Positions 29,224-39,470 of a stretch of DNA of 64,000 nt are shown here, in pieces. The notes beneath the pieces were generated by a model. It saw only the letters and a list, made by a program, of their open reading frames with translations, was not told the DNA's origin and made no database searches. The stretch's first letter is position 1. Each line of letters starts with the position of its first letter. Made by a program: the position numbers and the translations under genes. This stretch comes from Candidatus Calescibacterium sp. (GTDB lineage Bacteria > Calescibacteriota > Calescibacteriia > Calescibacteriales > Calescibacteriaceae). The stretch is taken from the NCBI GenBank assembly GCA_025060505.1, contig JANXBU010000003.1, positions 47,124 to 111,123 on the forward strand, given 5' to 3'.

Positions 29224-30720
29224 CTACTCTCCGATTATTTCTTCTTCTGTGAGTGGTGGGCAGAGTAAGAAACCCTGTGCCATATCAAATTTCATGGATT
29301 TTGATATTTCCATTTCTCTTTCAGTCTCTATACCTTCTACTACAACCTTGCGATTTAATTTGTGAGATATATATATTATACCGTTGGTTATCAATTTGAA
29401 AAACTCGTTATCCTTTTCGATTTCCTTTATTACTTCTTTATCAACTTTTATTATGTCGGCGGGTATATCTTTTATGTGTGCAATCAAAGTTTGAGGAGAA
29501 CCATAGTCATCAAGTGCTATCAGAAAGCCAAGTTTCTTTAGCTCAGAAAATCTTTCCTGAGCCTTTTCTATTTCTTTCTGATCTGACCTTTCGCTAATTT
29601 CGAAACATATTCTACGCGGATCTATTCTATATTTTTCAATGTTTTCAAGTATAGTCTTGAAAAATTTCTCCTCCAAGATAAAGCGAGCTGTTATATTGAA
29701 TGAAAAAAAGTACTTTGGAAGTTTTCTACATATCTCGGAAATCCTCTCGAAAAGAAATTCATTTATATCTCTCAGAAGACCGATTTCTTCGCTAATTTTG
29801 ATTATTTCATCTGGACTTATCTCTTTTTCTTTCCATCTTATAAGCATCTCGTATCCTTTTATCCTCATGTCTTCCAGAGAAAATATAGGTTGGAAAACCG
29901 GGTATATTTTGCCTTGTTTTATTCCATCAAAGAGCTCTTCCATAAGATAAGTTTTTTTCCATAGGGTAGTTTTGAGTTCCTCTGTAAATATATCAAAAGT
30001 ATTTGATCCTTTTTTTATACTCTCTTCAAGTGCAAGCTCACTTGCTTTCAGCAGCTCTACTATGTTGCTCCCATCATATGGGTAAACGCTTATTCCCATG
30101 CTTACGGAAGCTGAAATTTCTTTGCCAGATATACTGATTTTCTGTTTGGTGATGTTATCGATTATTGTATTTGACACTTTTTTTATCTCTTCTTCTAATC
30201 CTTCTCTTCCGTTTTGGGTTGATTTTATCTCATTTAAAATCATGAACTTTCTATCTGATACTACACCTACAACTATATTTCTTTTGGTTTCTATATCTTG
30301 TCTGAATATGTTGATAATTTCTTCTAAAACGAGTTTTGTGATTATTTCCTGAATCTCATCTCCAAAATGTGAGACGAGTGTATCAAAATGCCGAATCATT
30401 ATATTGTATAGGACGAATGTTTTGTTTTTATTCTTCTCTATGATTTTCTTTGCGGAAGATATAAAATCCGCTCTTCCGCTAATTATTATATCCCCATCTA
30501 ATATTTTGCTTACTTGTCTTAGTTCATAATCGTGTAAGTTATCTACTATTTCAAAGTTCTTCCCGAGTCTTTTTTTTATAGTGTCTATTTCTTTACCAGA
30601 TAGCCCAAGAACTATTATCTTTTTCTTTTGTATTTGTTCTGTTTGTATTTGTTTTGAATGTATGCTGGTTTTATCTACTATTCCCTCTGATACCTCGTCT
30701 GGATTTTTCATCTCAAACAT
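29224..30720 (-). CDS. c-di-GMP phosphodiesterase: N-terminal domain + degenerate GGDEF-like + EAL.
   Basis: The EAL domain carries YEMLIRW (EAL motif variant), FNITARF, EISER, and DDYG. The preceding ~150 aa keep only the C-terminal half of a GGDEF fold. Confidence 0.8.
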   Translation of the reverse strand: MFEMKNPDEVSEGIVDKTSIHSKQIQTEQIQKKKIIVLGLSGKEIDTIKKRLGKNFEIVDNLHDYELRQVSKILDGDIIISGRADFISSAKKIIEKNKNKTFVLYNIMIRHFDTLVSHFGDEIQEIITKLVLEEIINIFRQDIETKRNIVVGVVSDRKFMILNEIKSTQNGREGLEEEIKKVSNTIIDNITKQKISISGKEISASVSMGISVYPYDGSNIVELLKASELALEESIKKGSNTFDIFTEELKTTLWKKTYLMEELFDGIKQGKIYPVFQPIFSLEDMRIKGYEMLIRWKEKEISPDEIIKISEEIGLLRDINEFLFERISEICRKLPKYFFSFNITARFILEEKFFKTILENIEKYRIDPRRICFEISERSDQKEIEKAQERFSELKKLGFLIALDDYGSPQTLIAHIKDIPADIIKVDKEVIKEIEKDNEFFKLITNGIIYISHKLNRKVVVEGIETEREMEISKSMKFDMAQGFLLCPPLTEEEIIGE

Positions 30721-30907
30721 ATCTTACCTCGTATATTTAATACATTAATACATTCTAATTTTAATGACTATCTTTTATTTCCAATTTAGTGTATGGCAAC
30801 TTTAATATTAATTCATAATTTTATCTTTTTGTTTTTTCTGTTATATTTTTATTTTCTCCTTTTGTTGTTTTTTTTTTATTTTTCACATTCTTTATTACTT
30901 TTCGTTT

Positions 30908-31489
30908 ATGAAAGACAGATTTTTTCTGATAAAGAGCTCTATAGAGGAGAGTATAGAAACTTTAAGGTCTTTGTTTAATTCTGTAGAGGATATACAGAAG
31001 GCGGCATTTTTGATTACAGAGAGCTTTTTAAGGGGTGGGAAAGTTCTTGTGTTTGGAAATGGTGGATCAGCAGCAGATTCTCAACACTTTGCTGCTGAAC
31101 TCGTTGGGAAATTCAGAGATCAAAAAAGAAAGGGATTTCCAGCTATTGCTCTTACCGTAGATACATCTGCTCTAACAGCTATAGCTAATGATTGGGAGTT
31201 CGGATATGTCTTTGAAAGACAGCTTGAAGCACTTGGGCGTAGCGGAGATGTTGCTTTTGGTATCACTACCTCCGGAAGATCGCAAAATGTTCTAAGAGCT
31301 CTTGCAAGAGCTAAGCAAATCGGTATGAAAACAATTTCTCTTGTTGGGAGATATACCGATGAAGTGAAGCCGGTTTCCGATGTTGTTATATCTGTTGGTT
31401 CATCTGATACACAAAGAATTCAGGAAGCTCATTCTCTTATTATTCATATAATATGCGAGATTGTGGAAAGGGAAGTTACAGAGAGATAA
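30908..31489 (+). CDS. gmhA: D-sedoheptulose-7-phosphate isomerase (SIS domain).
   Basis: VLVFGNGGSAADSQHFAAEL and GITTSGRSQNVL are GmhA signatures. Confidence 0.85.
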   Translation: MKDRFFLIKSSIEESIETLRSLFNSVEDIQKAAFLITESFLRGGKVLVFGNGGSAADSQHFAAELVGKFRDQKRKGFPAIALTVDTSALTAIANDWEFGYVFERQLEALGRSGDVAFGITTSGRSQNVLRALARAKQIGMKTISLVGRYTDEVKPVSDVVISVGSSDTQRIQEAHSLIIHIICEIVEREVTER

Positions 31490-31596
31490 AAGGAATGCTC
31501 GTAGGAATACCCGAAAAATGTGTTGTGCGGTTTGAATTTTTGTTTCCTATATTATTAGATCAAGATATAAAGAAACGACTTGCAGCGACAGACTTT

Positions 31597-31628
31597 AGGA
31601 AACAAGGAACTTGTTCCTAAGCTTTTTT
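31597..31628. terminator. Hairpin (AGGAAACAAG-GAA-CTTGTTCCT) followed by a T6 run on the + strand, overlapping the stop of the convergent stomatin gene.
   Basis: The stem with a one-base bulge and the T-run were read from the sequence. Plausible gmhA terminator. Confidence 0.35.
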
Positions 31629-32384
31629 CTCATCTGTCTTTTGAATCTGTGATATAAATCTGAAAAGTTCTATTGGGACTGGTAATACCAATGTTGCTGT
31701 TTTTTCTGTTGCAAGTTCAGAGACTGTTTGCAGAAAACGTAGCTGAACTGTTATTGGGTTTTGTGCGAGGGTATCTGCTGCTTCTTTAAGTTTTTGTGCT
31801 GCTTGAAATTCAGCTTCTGCTAATGTTATTTTTGCTCTTCTTTCTCTTTCTGCCTCGGCTTGTCTTGCCATAGCTCTTTGCATCTCTTGGGGGAGATCTA
31901 TATGTTTTATCTCAACAGCTGAAATTTTTACTCCCCATGATTCCGTTGTTCTATCAAGTATTTCCTGTATTGTAGTATTTATTTTTTCTCTGTGAGCCAA
32001 TATTTCGTCAAGTTCAACTTCTCCGCAAACTGAACGCAGTGTTGTTTGAGCAAGCTGACTTGTTGCATAAATGAAGTTTTCAACAGATACAATAGCTTTT
32101 CCTGGATCAACTACTCTGAAATATACAACTGCATTTATTTTGACTGAAACATTATCTTTTGTTATTACATCTTGTGGAGGAATATCCATTGTAATTATTC
32201 TGAGTGATACTTTTTGGAGTCTATCTATTATGGGTATTATCAAAACAAGCCCAGGTCCCCTTACTCCTACAAGTCTTCCAAGTCTGAAGACAACGCCTCT
32301 TTCATACTCCTGAAGGATTTTTATAGCCGATGAAAGTATGAATGCTCCAATTATAAGTATAGGTAATAAGACAGATAGTTCCAT
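31617..32384 (-). CDS. SPFH/band-7 (stomatin/prohibitin-like) membrane protein.
   Basis: N-terminal TM, then the PHB-domain core ([34 protein letters not shown]), then a coiled-coil tail. Confidence 0.85.
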   Translation of the reverse strand: MELSVLLPILIIGAFILSSAIKILQEYERGVVFRLGRLVGVRGPGLVLIIPIIDRLQKVSLRIITMDIPPQDVITKDNVSVKINAVVYFRVVDPGKAIVSVENFIYATSQLAQTTLRSVCGEVELDEILAHREKINTTIQEILDRTTESWGVKISAVEIKHIDLPQEMQRAMARQAEAERERRAKITLAEAEFQAAQKLKEAADTLAQNPITVQLRFLQTVSELATEKTATLVLPVPIELFRFISQIQKTDEKKA

Positions 32385-32393
32385 TATTTGTTT

Positions 32394-32466
32394 TAGGCCG
32401 TGCGGGATTCGAACCCGCGACCCCCGGCTTAAAAGGCCGGTGCTCTTCCGTCTGAGCTAACGGCCC
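32394..32466 (-). tRNA. tRNA-Lys (anticodon UUU), no encoded CCA.
   Basis: Reverse complement folds as GGGCCGT/ACGGCCU (G1-U72), D-arm GCTC..GAGC, anticodon loop CUUUUAA, T-arm GCGGG-TTCGAAT-CCCGC. Confidence 0.85.
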
Positions 32467-32623
32467 AATTCTTATTTATCTTTAAAACTCTATGTAGGCC
32501 AAACACTAAAAACAGAATAAAATATGTTTTTTATTCCTCTGATTCTCTCATGTATCTTTGGCGGAGTGAACTCTCTTAACTTGTCAATCCAGGGATTTTA
32601 TGCTATAGTTTATAGATAATTTT

Positions 32624-34156
32624 TTAATCTTTGAAATCCTTTATCATGTCAACAAGTTTTTTTGAATATTCTTTGAGTTCTCCTATTTTTGATCTTAGGT
32701 TTTCAAGATTTCTCTTTGATTCGTCAAGTATAGATGATACTCGTGTTATTGATCTCGCAATTTCTGAACCAGCTCTTTCTTGTTGTGTGAATGCTGCTGC
32801 TATTGCGCTTATCTGATCTTTTGTCTTTGAAAATTTTTCCTGTATTTTTGTCATGGTTTGGGCGCTACCGGCAGCTAATTTCGTATTCTCCTCTACCTTT
32901 TGAGATACTTTAATTATGTTTTCTGTTGTTCTGGATACCGCACTTCCAAACTGTGATATATTTGAAGATATTTCTTTGGCAAGCTGAAAAGTTCTCCCTG
33001 CCAATCTCCTAACTTCATCTGCAACAACTGCGAATCCCTTTCCATGTTCCCCAGCCCTTGATGCTTCTATTGATGCGTTCAAAGCTAAAAGATTTGTCTG
33101 ATCAGTTATATCTGTTATAGCAGATACAAAACTTTCTATTTTCTTTCTCATCTCTTCAACTTTATTTATCTCAGATATAACATCTTTTAACCTGTTTGTA
33201 AAATCTCCTATTGTGTTTAGAGATGAGTTTATAGTTCTTCCGCTCTCTGCTAAAGCATGGTATGATTCCTCTGTTGTGGAAGCTATTTTGTTCAGGTTTG
33301 AGGTGGATTCCGAGATAGTTGATGAGAATTCCTCTGTTGCAGTTGATATTCTCGATAGCTCAAGTATCTGCCCTGATATTTTCTTTGAAAATTCATCTAT
33401 TAGCTCGTATGTTTTCTCAACGAACTCATCTACCTTTCCTGCTGTTTCAGATATTTGCCGAATTATTTCTATAAGCTTTCTTAAAAACTGGTTGAAATTC
33501 TGGCAAAGTTCTCCTATTTCATCTCTGCCCTGATAATTGATAAATTTTCTCAGATCAGTTGCTCCTTCTGATACTTCTTTGAGTCTCCCAGAAACTCTCT
33601 TTATGTTGTTGTGAACCTGTATGCCGTAGAGTAATCCTATAATTGATATGAAAATCATAGAAAGCAATATAGATGCGATAACTGTTATGTTCTGGAAGCT
33701 CACTATACTTTCGATTCTTTTTGCATAGTTTGTCTGTAAAGTAGGAAATGCTTCGGAAAGTGTAACAACAAGATCTGCCAGAGTAGCTACATCTTCAGAG
33801 GAAAACTCAGAAAGCTTTGATGATTTCTGAACTACATCTTGAAGTTTCTTAGTAGCACTCTCAAAATTACTGATATCTACCCCAAGAGATTTCATCTTCT
33901 GTATTTTACCATCAATTTCTTCAAAGACAGGAATTATATTGCCAAGGACATCAGGAGAGGAAAATTTTATTGCTTGATCAATACCACGAGATATTTCCAG
34001 CATCAACATTTTTACTTCTACTAACTCTCCGTAGTTTACAGCTATTTTTGATATTCTCTGCCCCCCAACAAATATCACGATTCCGGCTACGAAAAAGAAT
34101 AATGAACCAAGGATAAAGCCAAGAATTATTTTCTCTCTTATCCCTATCCTTATCAT
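32624..34156 (-). CDS. Methyl-accepting chemotaxis protein.
   Basis: N-terminal TM, a second TM near residue 165-185, and the signalling core [37 protein letters not shown]. Confidence 0.9.
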   Translation of the reverse strand: MIRIGIREKIILGFILGSLFFFVAGIVIFVGGQRISKIAVNYGELVEVKMLMLEISRGIDQAIKFSSPDVLGNIIPVFEEIDGKIQKMKSLGVDISNFESATKKLQDVVQKSSKLSEFSSEDVATLADLVVTLSEAFPTLQTNYAKRIESIVSFQNITVIASILLSMIFISIIGLLYGIQVHNNIKRVSGRLKEVSEGATDLRKFINYQGRDEIGELCQNFNQFLRKLIEIIRQISETAGKVDEFVEKTYELIDEFSKKISGQILELSRISTATEEFSSTISESTSNLNKIASTTEESYHALAESGRTINSSLNTIGDFTNRLKDVISEINKVEEMRKKIESFVSAITDITDQTNLLALNASIEASRAGEHGKGFAVVADEVRRLAGRTFQLAKEISSNISQFGSAVSRTTENIIKVSQKVEENTKLAAGSAQTMTKIQEKFSKTKDQISAIAAAFTQQERAGSEIARSITRVSSILDESKRNLENLRSKIGELKEYSKKLVDMIKDFKD

Positions 34157-34224
34157 AATAAAAAATTTAGTAAGATTTCTACAAAAAAGTTGTTTTTATT
34201 GTGTTTGAAAAAATTTTCGTTTAG

Positions 34225-35541
34225 ATGATAAAGCTTCAAGATCTTCTGAGCCATAATGAAAAGATATGTGTTGTTGGTCTAGGTTATGTTGGTTTGCCGC
34301 TCGCTGCGGCTCTATCAAAGTATTTCAAGGTTATAGGTTTTGACAAGAATGAAAAAAGAATAAAGGAGCTCAAAGATGGTGTAGATAGAACTGGCGAATT
34401 TACAAAAGATCAGCTCAAGAGTTCGGATATTTACTTTTCATCAGACCCATCTGTTATTTCAGATTGTAGGTTCATAATAGTAGCTGTTCCTACTCCGGTT
34501 GATAATATGAAAAATCCAGATTTCCAATTTCTCAGAAGCGCTTCTGAAACTGTTGGAAAATATATGAAGAAGGGAAGTATAGTTGTTTTTGAATCAACTG
34601 TTTACCCCGGAGCTACGCGGGAGATATGTGTTCCCATTCTTGAGCGAACAAGCTTGATGAAATGGAAGAAAGATTTTTTTGTAGGATATTCTCCAGAAAG
34701 AATAAATCCGGGAGATAAGGAGCACACAATAGATAAGGTTGTTAAAGTTGTTTCTGGTGATACTCCTGAGACACTTGAGGTTGTAGCCGGTGTTTATGGG
34801 AGAATAACGGGTATTCACAGGGCAGAAAGTATAGAAGTTGCGGAAGCTGCAAAAGTGATAGAGAATATACAAAGAGATATAAACATAGCTCTTATGAATG
34901 AGCTTTCTCTTATATTTCACAAAATAGGGCTAGATGTAAAATCTGTTTTAGCTGCTGCAAGAACCAAGTGGAATTTTCTCCCGTTTGAACCCGGCCTTGT
35001 TGGCGGACACTGCATACCTGTTGACCCATATTATCTTGCATACAAATCTCTTGAAGTAGGTCACGTCCCAGAACTTATTTTAGCTGGCCGAGGTATAAAC
35101 GAATTCATACCAGTTTATATAGCTCAGGAGGTTATTAAACTTCTGATAAAAAATGAAAAAAAGGTAAAAGGTGCAAATGTTCTTGTGCTTGGTGCAACTT
35201 TTAAAGAGAATGTTCCGGATGTAAGAAACAGTAAGGTCTTTACAATGATAAAAGAACTGCAAGAATTTGGAGTATCAATTTTTATATATGATCCTGTTGC
35301 AGATAAGGAAGAGATGTCAAAAGAATATCAAAAAGACCAGTATAGGTATGAGGTGATTGATCAGGTGAATGGTAAATATGACTGTGTTGTTGTGGCTGTT
35401 AAGCATAAGATGTTTTATGAAAATATTTCGGTTGATTTTGTAAGAAGTATTTCAACAGAACCGCCTATACTTGTTGATGTGAAAAGTATGTTTGATAGAA
35501 ATCAGTTTGAGAAGATGGGTATAATATACTGGGCCCTGTAA
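34225..35541 (+). CDS. Nucleotide-sugar dehydrogenase (UDP-N-acetyl-D-glucosamine / mannosamine 6-dehydrogenase, TviB/WbpA-like).
   Basis: KICVVGLGYVGLPLAAAL Rossmann motif, FDKNEKRIKELKDG, and the catalytic-cysteine region GGHCIPVDPYYL. Confidence 0.85.
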   Translation: MIKLQDLLSHNEKICVVGLGYVGLPLAAALSKYFKVIGFDKNEKRIKELKDGVDRTGEFTKDQLKSSDIYFSSDPSVISDCRFIIVAVPTPVDNMKNPDFQFLRSASETVGKYMKKGSIVVFESTVYPGATREICVPILERTSLMKWKKDFFVGYSPERINPGDKEHTIDKVVKVVSGDTPETLEVVAGVYGRITGIHRAESIEVAEAAKVIENIQRDINIALMNELSLIFHKIGLDVKSVLAAARTKWNFLPFEPGLVGGHCIPVDPYYLAYKSLEVGHVPELILAGRGINEFIPVYIAQEVIKLLIKNEKKVKGANVLVLGATFKENVPDVRNSKVFTMIKELQEFGVSIFIYDPVADKEEMSKEYQKDQYRYEVIDQVNGKYDCVVVAVKHKMFYENISVDFVRSISTEPPILVDVKSMFDRNQFEKMGIIYWAL

Positions 35542-35719
35542 TCTTGTGCCAAGTTTTTATCAGAGTTATTATCAGAGTTAGTATATGTCATTTACCGTTT
35601 CTCCTGCATTTTGTCGTTTTCCTGGGATCTGTTGCAATACTGTTTGAGCTTTCAGATCTTATACGGTGGTGTATTTTGTGTTTGCAACTTTTCTCGGATT
35701 ATTCGTATTTTGAATCGTT

Positions 35720-36958
35720 TTATTTTTGCAACTGGTTTGTTATCTTTCTATCGTTTGGCATAATTATCGCCATTATGAAGGCAAGGGATATGGGAGCGAT
35801 TAGGAAAGTAAAATATTCTTTTTGAGATGATATAAATCCAGAGGCAGATATTGTTAGTATTACAGCTATTACTCTGCTTATGAGTCCAACGAAGCTTGTA
35901 GCTTTTGCAAGATGTTCTTGTTTATGAAATCTTCCTATCCAATCCATAATTATTGGATATGCGGGAAGCATAAGAAATCCACTAACAGAAAGCGATATCA
36001 TGACAAAAGATGCACTCGCTTCTGTTCTAAGTATAGCGAAAAATATAGCTATTGCAGGTATTATTGTTCTGAGGTAGATTGTTCTTATGTTATTTTGACA
36101 GATTTTTTTTGGTAGAAAAGTTATCGCTATGAGTCCAGATATTATTGATACTGCTACGGATCTCCCAGCAATATCTTCAAGTCCCTCTGATTTTAGAACC
36201 GGCTCAAGCCATGTTGCAAGGTTGTCAAATGTTGCAACACCTAAACCTAGTATTGCTCCTATTATCAGTAAATCTTTACTTCTGAGCAAATATCTGAAAT
36301 CTTCTTTTATTTGTAGTTTTGGAGTTTTTTCTATATCTTTTTGTTCGTTTTCTTTAATTATCTTGTTTGAATAAAGAAAAAGTATAAATCCTATTAGCGA
36401 GGTTATTATTGATGGTATAGATAAACCCCTTGTCCCACCGATTTCATACATTTTAACGCCGAAGAACAAAGAAAATACTGCTCCAAGATACATCACTAAG
36501 CTCAAAATGGATATTATTTCTGTTTTTTTCTCTGGAAATATCCTTGATGAGAATGGAACAAATGAGTTTAGCAGAAATGGCTGACCAATTGCGCCACAGA
36601 GTTGAAAAGATAAAATCCACCACCAGTTGTTGTATATAGGTCTTCCCAACGAAGATATTGTGGTCATCAATATTCCAAAGGTCAACCACTTTTTGAAATC
36701 TTTATCAAGAAGGATTCCACTTGGTATAGTCAATATAAGGAAAAGTATAGGGTATGTTATTGCTAAAAAACCTATGTTTTTCACATTTGTGTTTATTTCT
36801 TCTGAAACTTTGGTAATAACTGGTGAGTAGGTTACCCATATAGCTTGAGACGAAAATATTAAGAGCGCAAAGCCTATAAGAAGTAAATATTTCAGATGAT
36901 TTTTTTCTGATTCCATTAAAGAGAAATTAGCTAAAAATTTTAAAAATATGTGGAGCAA
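35720..36958 (-). CDS. MFS transporter.
   Basis: About 12 TM helices in two 6-helix halves separated by a charged loop. Start could be the ATG 45 nt downstream (MESEKN). Confidence 0.7.
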   Translation of the reverse strand: MLHIFLKFLANFSLMESEKNHLKYLLLIGFALLIFSSQAIWVTYSPVITKVSEEINTNVKNIGFLAITYPILFLILTIPSGILLDKDFKKWLTFGILMTTISSLGRPIYNNWWWILSFQLCGAIGQPFLLNSFVPFSSRIFPEKKTEIISILSLVMYLGAVFSLFFGVKMYEIGGTRGLSIPSIITSLIGFILFLYSNKIIKENEQKDIEKTPKLQIKEDFRYLLRSKDLLIIGAILGLGVATFDNLATWLEPVLKSEGLEDIAGRSVAVSIISGLIAITFLPKKICQNNIRTIYLRTIIPAIAIFFAILRTEASASFVMISLSVSGFLMLPAYPIIMDWIGRFHKQEHLAKATSFVGLISRVIAVILTISASGFISSQKEYFTFLIAPISLAFIMAIIMPNDRKITNQLQK

Positions 36959-37079
36959 GAATTTATGTCTTTTATTTACTTTATCATAGGATGTTTTGCT
37001 TTGGTGAGAACTGTGTAACGGAAGATTTTATCTTTTTGTTGTAGTTATCTTTAAAAAATCAACATATTAATATAAAGAG

Positions 37080-37613
37080 ATGGCAGATATAAAACAAGAT
37101 ATTTCGTCATATTCATTGCCTGAGCGAAAAACAGAGGAAAAAAAAGATAAAATGAGAATAATTTGCTTTTCTGGAGATATGGATAAAGCATTTGCAGTTT
37201 TGACCTTGGCGTCAACTGCGGCTTCCCTTGGTATGGATGTAGCTATATTTTTTACATTCTGGGGTCTATCATTAATAAAGAAGAACAGGAAACTCAAAGG
37301 TAAAAACTTTCTCCAGAAGATGATGGATATTATGATGCCGTCCGGTCTTGATTCATTGAAGCTCTCTAAAATGAACATGGCTGGTCTTGGTCCATTTTTT
37401 ATGAAAATTCTTATGAAGAAGACGAAATCTCCTGATTTAAAGGATCTTTTTGAAGCTGCGAAGGAATCTGGTGTAAAGTTTTATGCTTGTTCTACATCTT
37501 GTTCCATTCTGGGTATAGATAGGTCAGAGTTTGTTGATGAAGTTGAAGAGATTGTTGGAGCTGCGACTTTTATTTCGGAAGCAAAAGATGCAAAAATATC
37601 ACTTTTTATATAG
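37080..37613 (+). CDS. dsrE2: DsrE2-family (DsrE/DsrF-like, pfam DrsE_2-type) sulfur-carrier protein.
   Basis: MRIICFSGDMDKAFAVLTLASTAASLGMDVAIFFTFWGL...VKFYACSTSC...GAATFI follows the DsrE2 pattern, including the FFTFWG motif and the conserved Cys. Start may be the ATG at 37152. Confidence 0.8.
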   Translation: MADIKQDISSYSLPERKTEEKKDKMRIICFSGDMDKAFAVLTLASTAASLGMDVAIFFTFWGLSLIKKNRKLKGKNFLQKMMDIMMPSGLDSLKLSKMNMAGLGPFFMKILMKKTKSPDLKDLFEAAKESGVKFYACSTSCSILGIDRSEFVDEVEEIVGAATFISEAKDAKISLFI

Positions 37614-37636
37614 AACTTTTACTAATTTTTTGTTTT

Positions 37637-37867
37637 ATGATTAAGGTTGATGCCGAATTTGATGCACGCGGGCTCAAGTGTCCGATGCCTGTTATAAGAG
37701 CCAAGAAAAAATTAGATGATCTTTCATCTGGTCAAGTTATACTCGTTATAGCAGACGATCCGGGAGCTAAGAAAGATTTTCCTGCTTTTTGTATGCAAAC
37801 CGGGCATGACCTTATAGATTTGAAAGAAGAAAATGGAGTTTTCAAGTTTTATATAAGGAAAAAATAA
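37637..37867 (+). CDS. tusA: TusA-family sulfurtransferase.
   Basis: DARGLKCPMPVIRAKKKL carries the CPxP active-site motif. 76 aa two-layer alpha/beta length. Confidence 0.85.
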   Translation: MIKVDAEFDARGLKCPMPVIRAKKKLDDLSSGQVILVIADDPGAKKDFPAFCMQTGHDLIDLKEENGVFKFYIRKK

Positions 37868-37868
37868 T

Positions 37869-37943
37869 GGGGCTGTAGCTCAGAGGGAGAGCGCCGGTAT
37901 GGCACGCCGGAGGTCGGGGGTTCAAATCCCCTCAGCTCCACCA
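37869..37943 (+). tRNA. tRNA-Ala (anticodon GGC), CCA encoded.
   Basis: Acceptor GGGGCTG/CAGCTCC with the G3-U70 alanine identity pair. Anticodon loop AUGGCAC. T-loop TTCAAAT. Begins 1 nt after the tusA stop. Confidence 0.9.
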
Positions 37944-37950
37944 AATTTCT

Positions 37951-38238
37951 GTGAAAACCGTTCTATTTATAATCCACACAGATGATCAAGAAAAAATAGA
38001 GTTTGCAAAAAAATTCTCCCAAGCTCTACTGAAAAAGGGAGCAGATGTTGAATTGTTTCTTATGAGTAAAGGTGTTAAGTTTGCTTATGAACTCAAGGCG
38101 TTTGTGGATAAAATTTCGCTATGTTCAAGAAATGCTCAGGAACTTGGAATAAATGAAATCCAGGGCATTGATTTTGCAAGCCAATACAGATTGTCTGAAA
38201 TGGTTCAGGATTCAGATCTTATTATCCCTCTGATATGA
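37951..38238 (+). CDS. Small DsrE/DsrF(TusD)-like protein. GTG start, 7 nt after tRNA-Ala.
   Basis: VLFIIHTDDQEKIEFAKKFSQALLKKGADVELFLMSKGV follows the DsrE/TusD-family N-terminal pattern. Paralogous to the ORF at 51901. Confidence 0.45.
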   Translation: MKTVLFIIHTDDQEKIEFAKKFSQALLKKGADVELFLMSKGVKFAYELKAFVDKISLCSRNAQELGINEIQGIDFASQYRLSEMVQDSDLIIPLI

Positions 38239-38290
38239 AATTGTTTTAAATTTCTTATAATTTATCCTTGTTTGACAATTTTATCTATCA

Positions 38291-39124
38291 ATGGAACCTT
38301 TTATAGTGGGGGATGATAAAGTTAGGAAATGTCTGGTCGGTGGAGGGAATCCTGTATTTATAGCTGGTCCGTGTGTCATAGAGAGCGAAGAATTTACTTT
38401 AAGTTGTGCTGATAAGCTACATAAGATTGCCGAAAAATACAATATACAGCTTATATTCAAGGCTTCCTATGATAAGGCAAATAGAACTTCTGTAAATTCA
38501 TTCAGGGGACCAGGATATGAGAAAGGTCTGAAAATTCTCGAAAGGGTGAGAAGAGAAATAGGTTTGCCTGTTTTGTCTGATGTTCATTGCAAAGAAGAAA
38601 TACAACCCGCTTCCGAGGTTCTTGATGTTATCCAGATTCCAGCATTTTTAGCGAGACAAACAGATATGCTTGTTTTTTCTGGGAAAACTGGGAAACCTAT
38701 CAATATAAAAAAACCGCAGTTTGCTTCTCCTTATGATACCAAATATATGTTGGAGAAAGTTATGTCTACTGGAAACAAAAAGGTTATGATATGTGAGAGA
38801 GGAACGGCTTTCGGATATAGAGATCTTGTTGTAGATTTCAGAAGCATTCCGATTATGAGAAAATGGTCCTTTGTGATTTTTGATGGAACTCATACAACTC
38901 AAAAACCGTCTGCCGGTGACGGAATTTCTGATGGAGAAAGGTGGCTTTCACCATACCTTACGAGGGCGGCTGCATCTGTTGGTGTTGATGGATTTTTTCA
39001 CGAAGTTCATCCAGACCCAGATAGAGCTCTTTCCGATCCAAAAACATCAATAAACTTTCAGATGTTTGAGATGATTATCAAACAGGTCAAAAGAATAATT
39101 GAGATAAACCTAGATTCACTATAA
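38291..39124 (+). CDS. kdsA: 2-dehydro-3-deoxyphosphooctonate aldolase (KDO-8-P synthase).
   Basis: GGGNPVFIAGPCVIESEEF and FKASYDKANRTS are KdsA hallmarks. 277 aa. Confidence 0.9.
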   Translation: MEPFIVGDDKVRKCLVGGGNPVFIAGPCVIESEEFTLSCADKLHKIAEKYNIQLIFKASYDKANRTSVNSFRGPGYEKGLKILERVRREIGLPVLSDVHCKEEIQPASEVLDVIQIPAFLARQTDMLVFSGKTGKPINIKKPQFASPYDTKYMLEKVMSTGNKKVMICERGTAFGYRDLVVDFRSIPIMRKWSFVIFDGTHTTQKPSAGDGISDGERWLSPYLTRAAASVGVDGFFHEVHPDPDRALSDPKTSINFQMFEMIIKQVKRIIEINLDSL

Positions 39125-39470
39125 ATTCTATAATATAAGTATTTTCTGCACTTGTGCTAATCTCTGGAGTAATTTGTTGATGTTATATTTATTATAAACT
39201 TTATTCGGACTTGTAAAAATACAATGTGTAGCTATTGAAATCTTTGAACCTTGAAGAATCAGGATTCGGTTTATTCAGGGTGAAATTTTGATAAGTTTTT
39301 AACAATTGAAGATAAATTACCCTTCATATGTTGAACTTAAGATAAAATTTTTAGCAAAGTATTAAATTGACCGTGTAGAAAGGTATTTAATTGATCAGTT
39401 TAATTTCTACATGAATTTTGGTGAATTCTAAAAACGGAGACATTTTTGAATTATTGCCAAAGTATATTAG

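Noticed and set aside
30793-30978. 61-aa ORF translating to MATLILIHNFIFLFFLLYFYFLLLLFFF...
   Set aside because: It is a translation of the T-rich promoter region upstream of gmhA. The low-complexity poly-Phe/Leu sequence is not a real protein.
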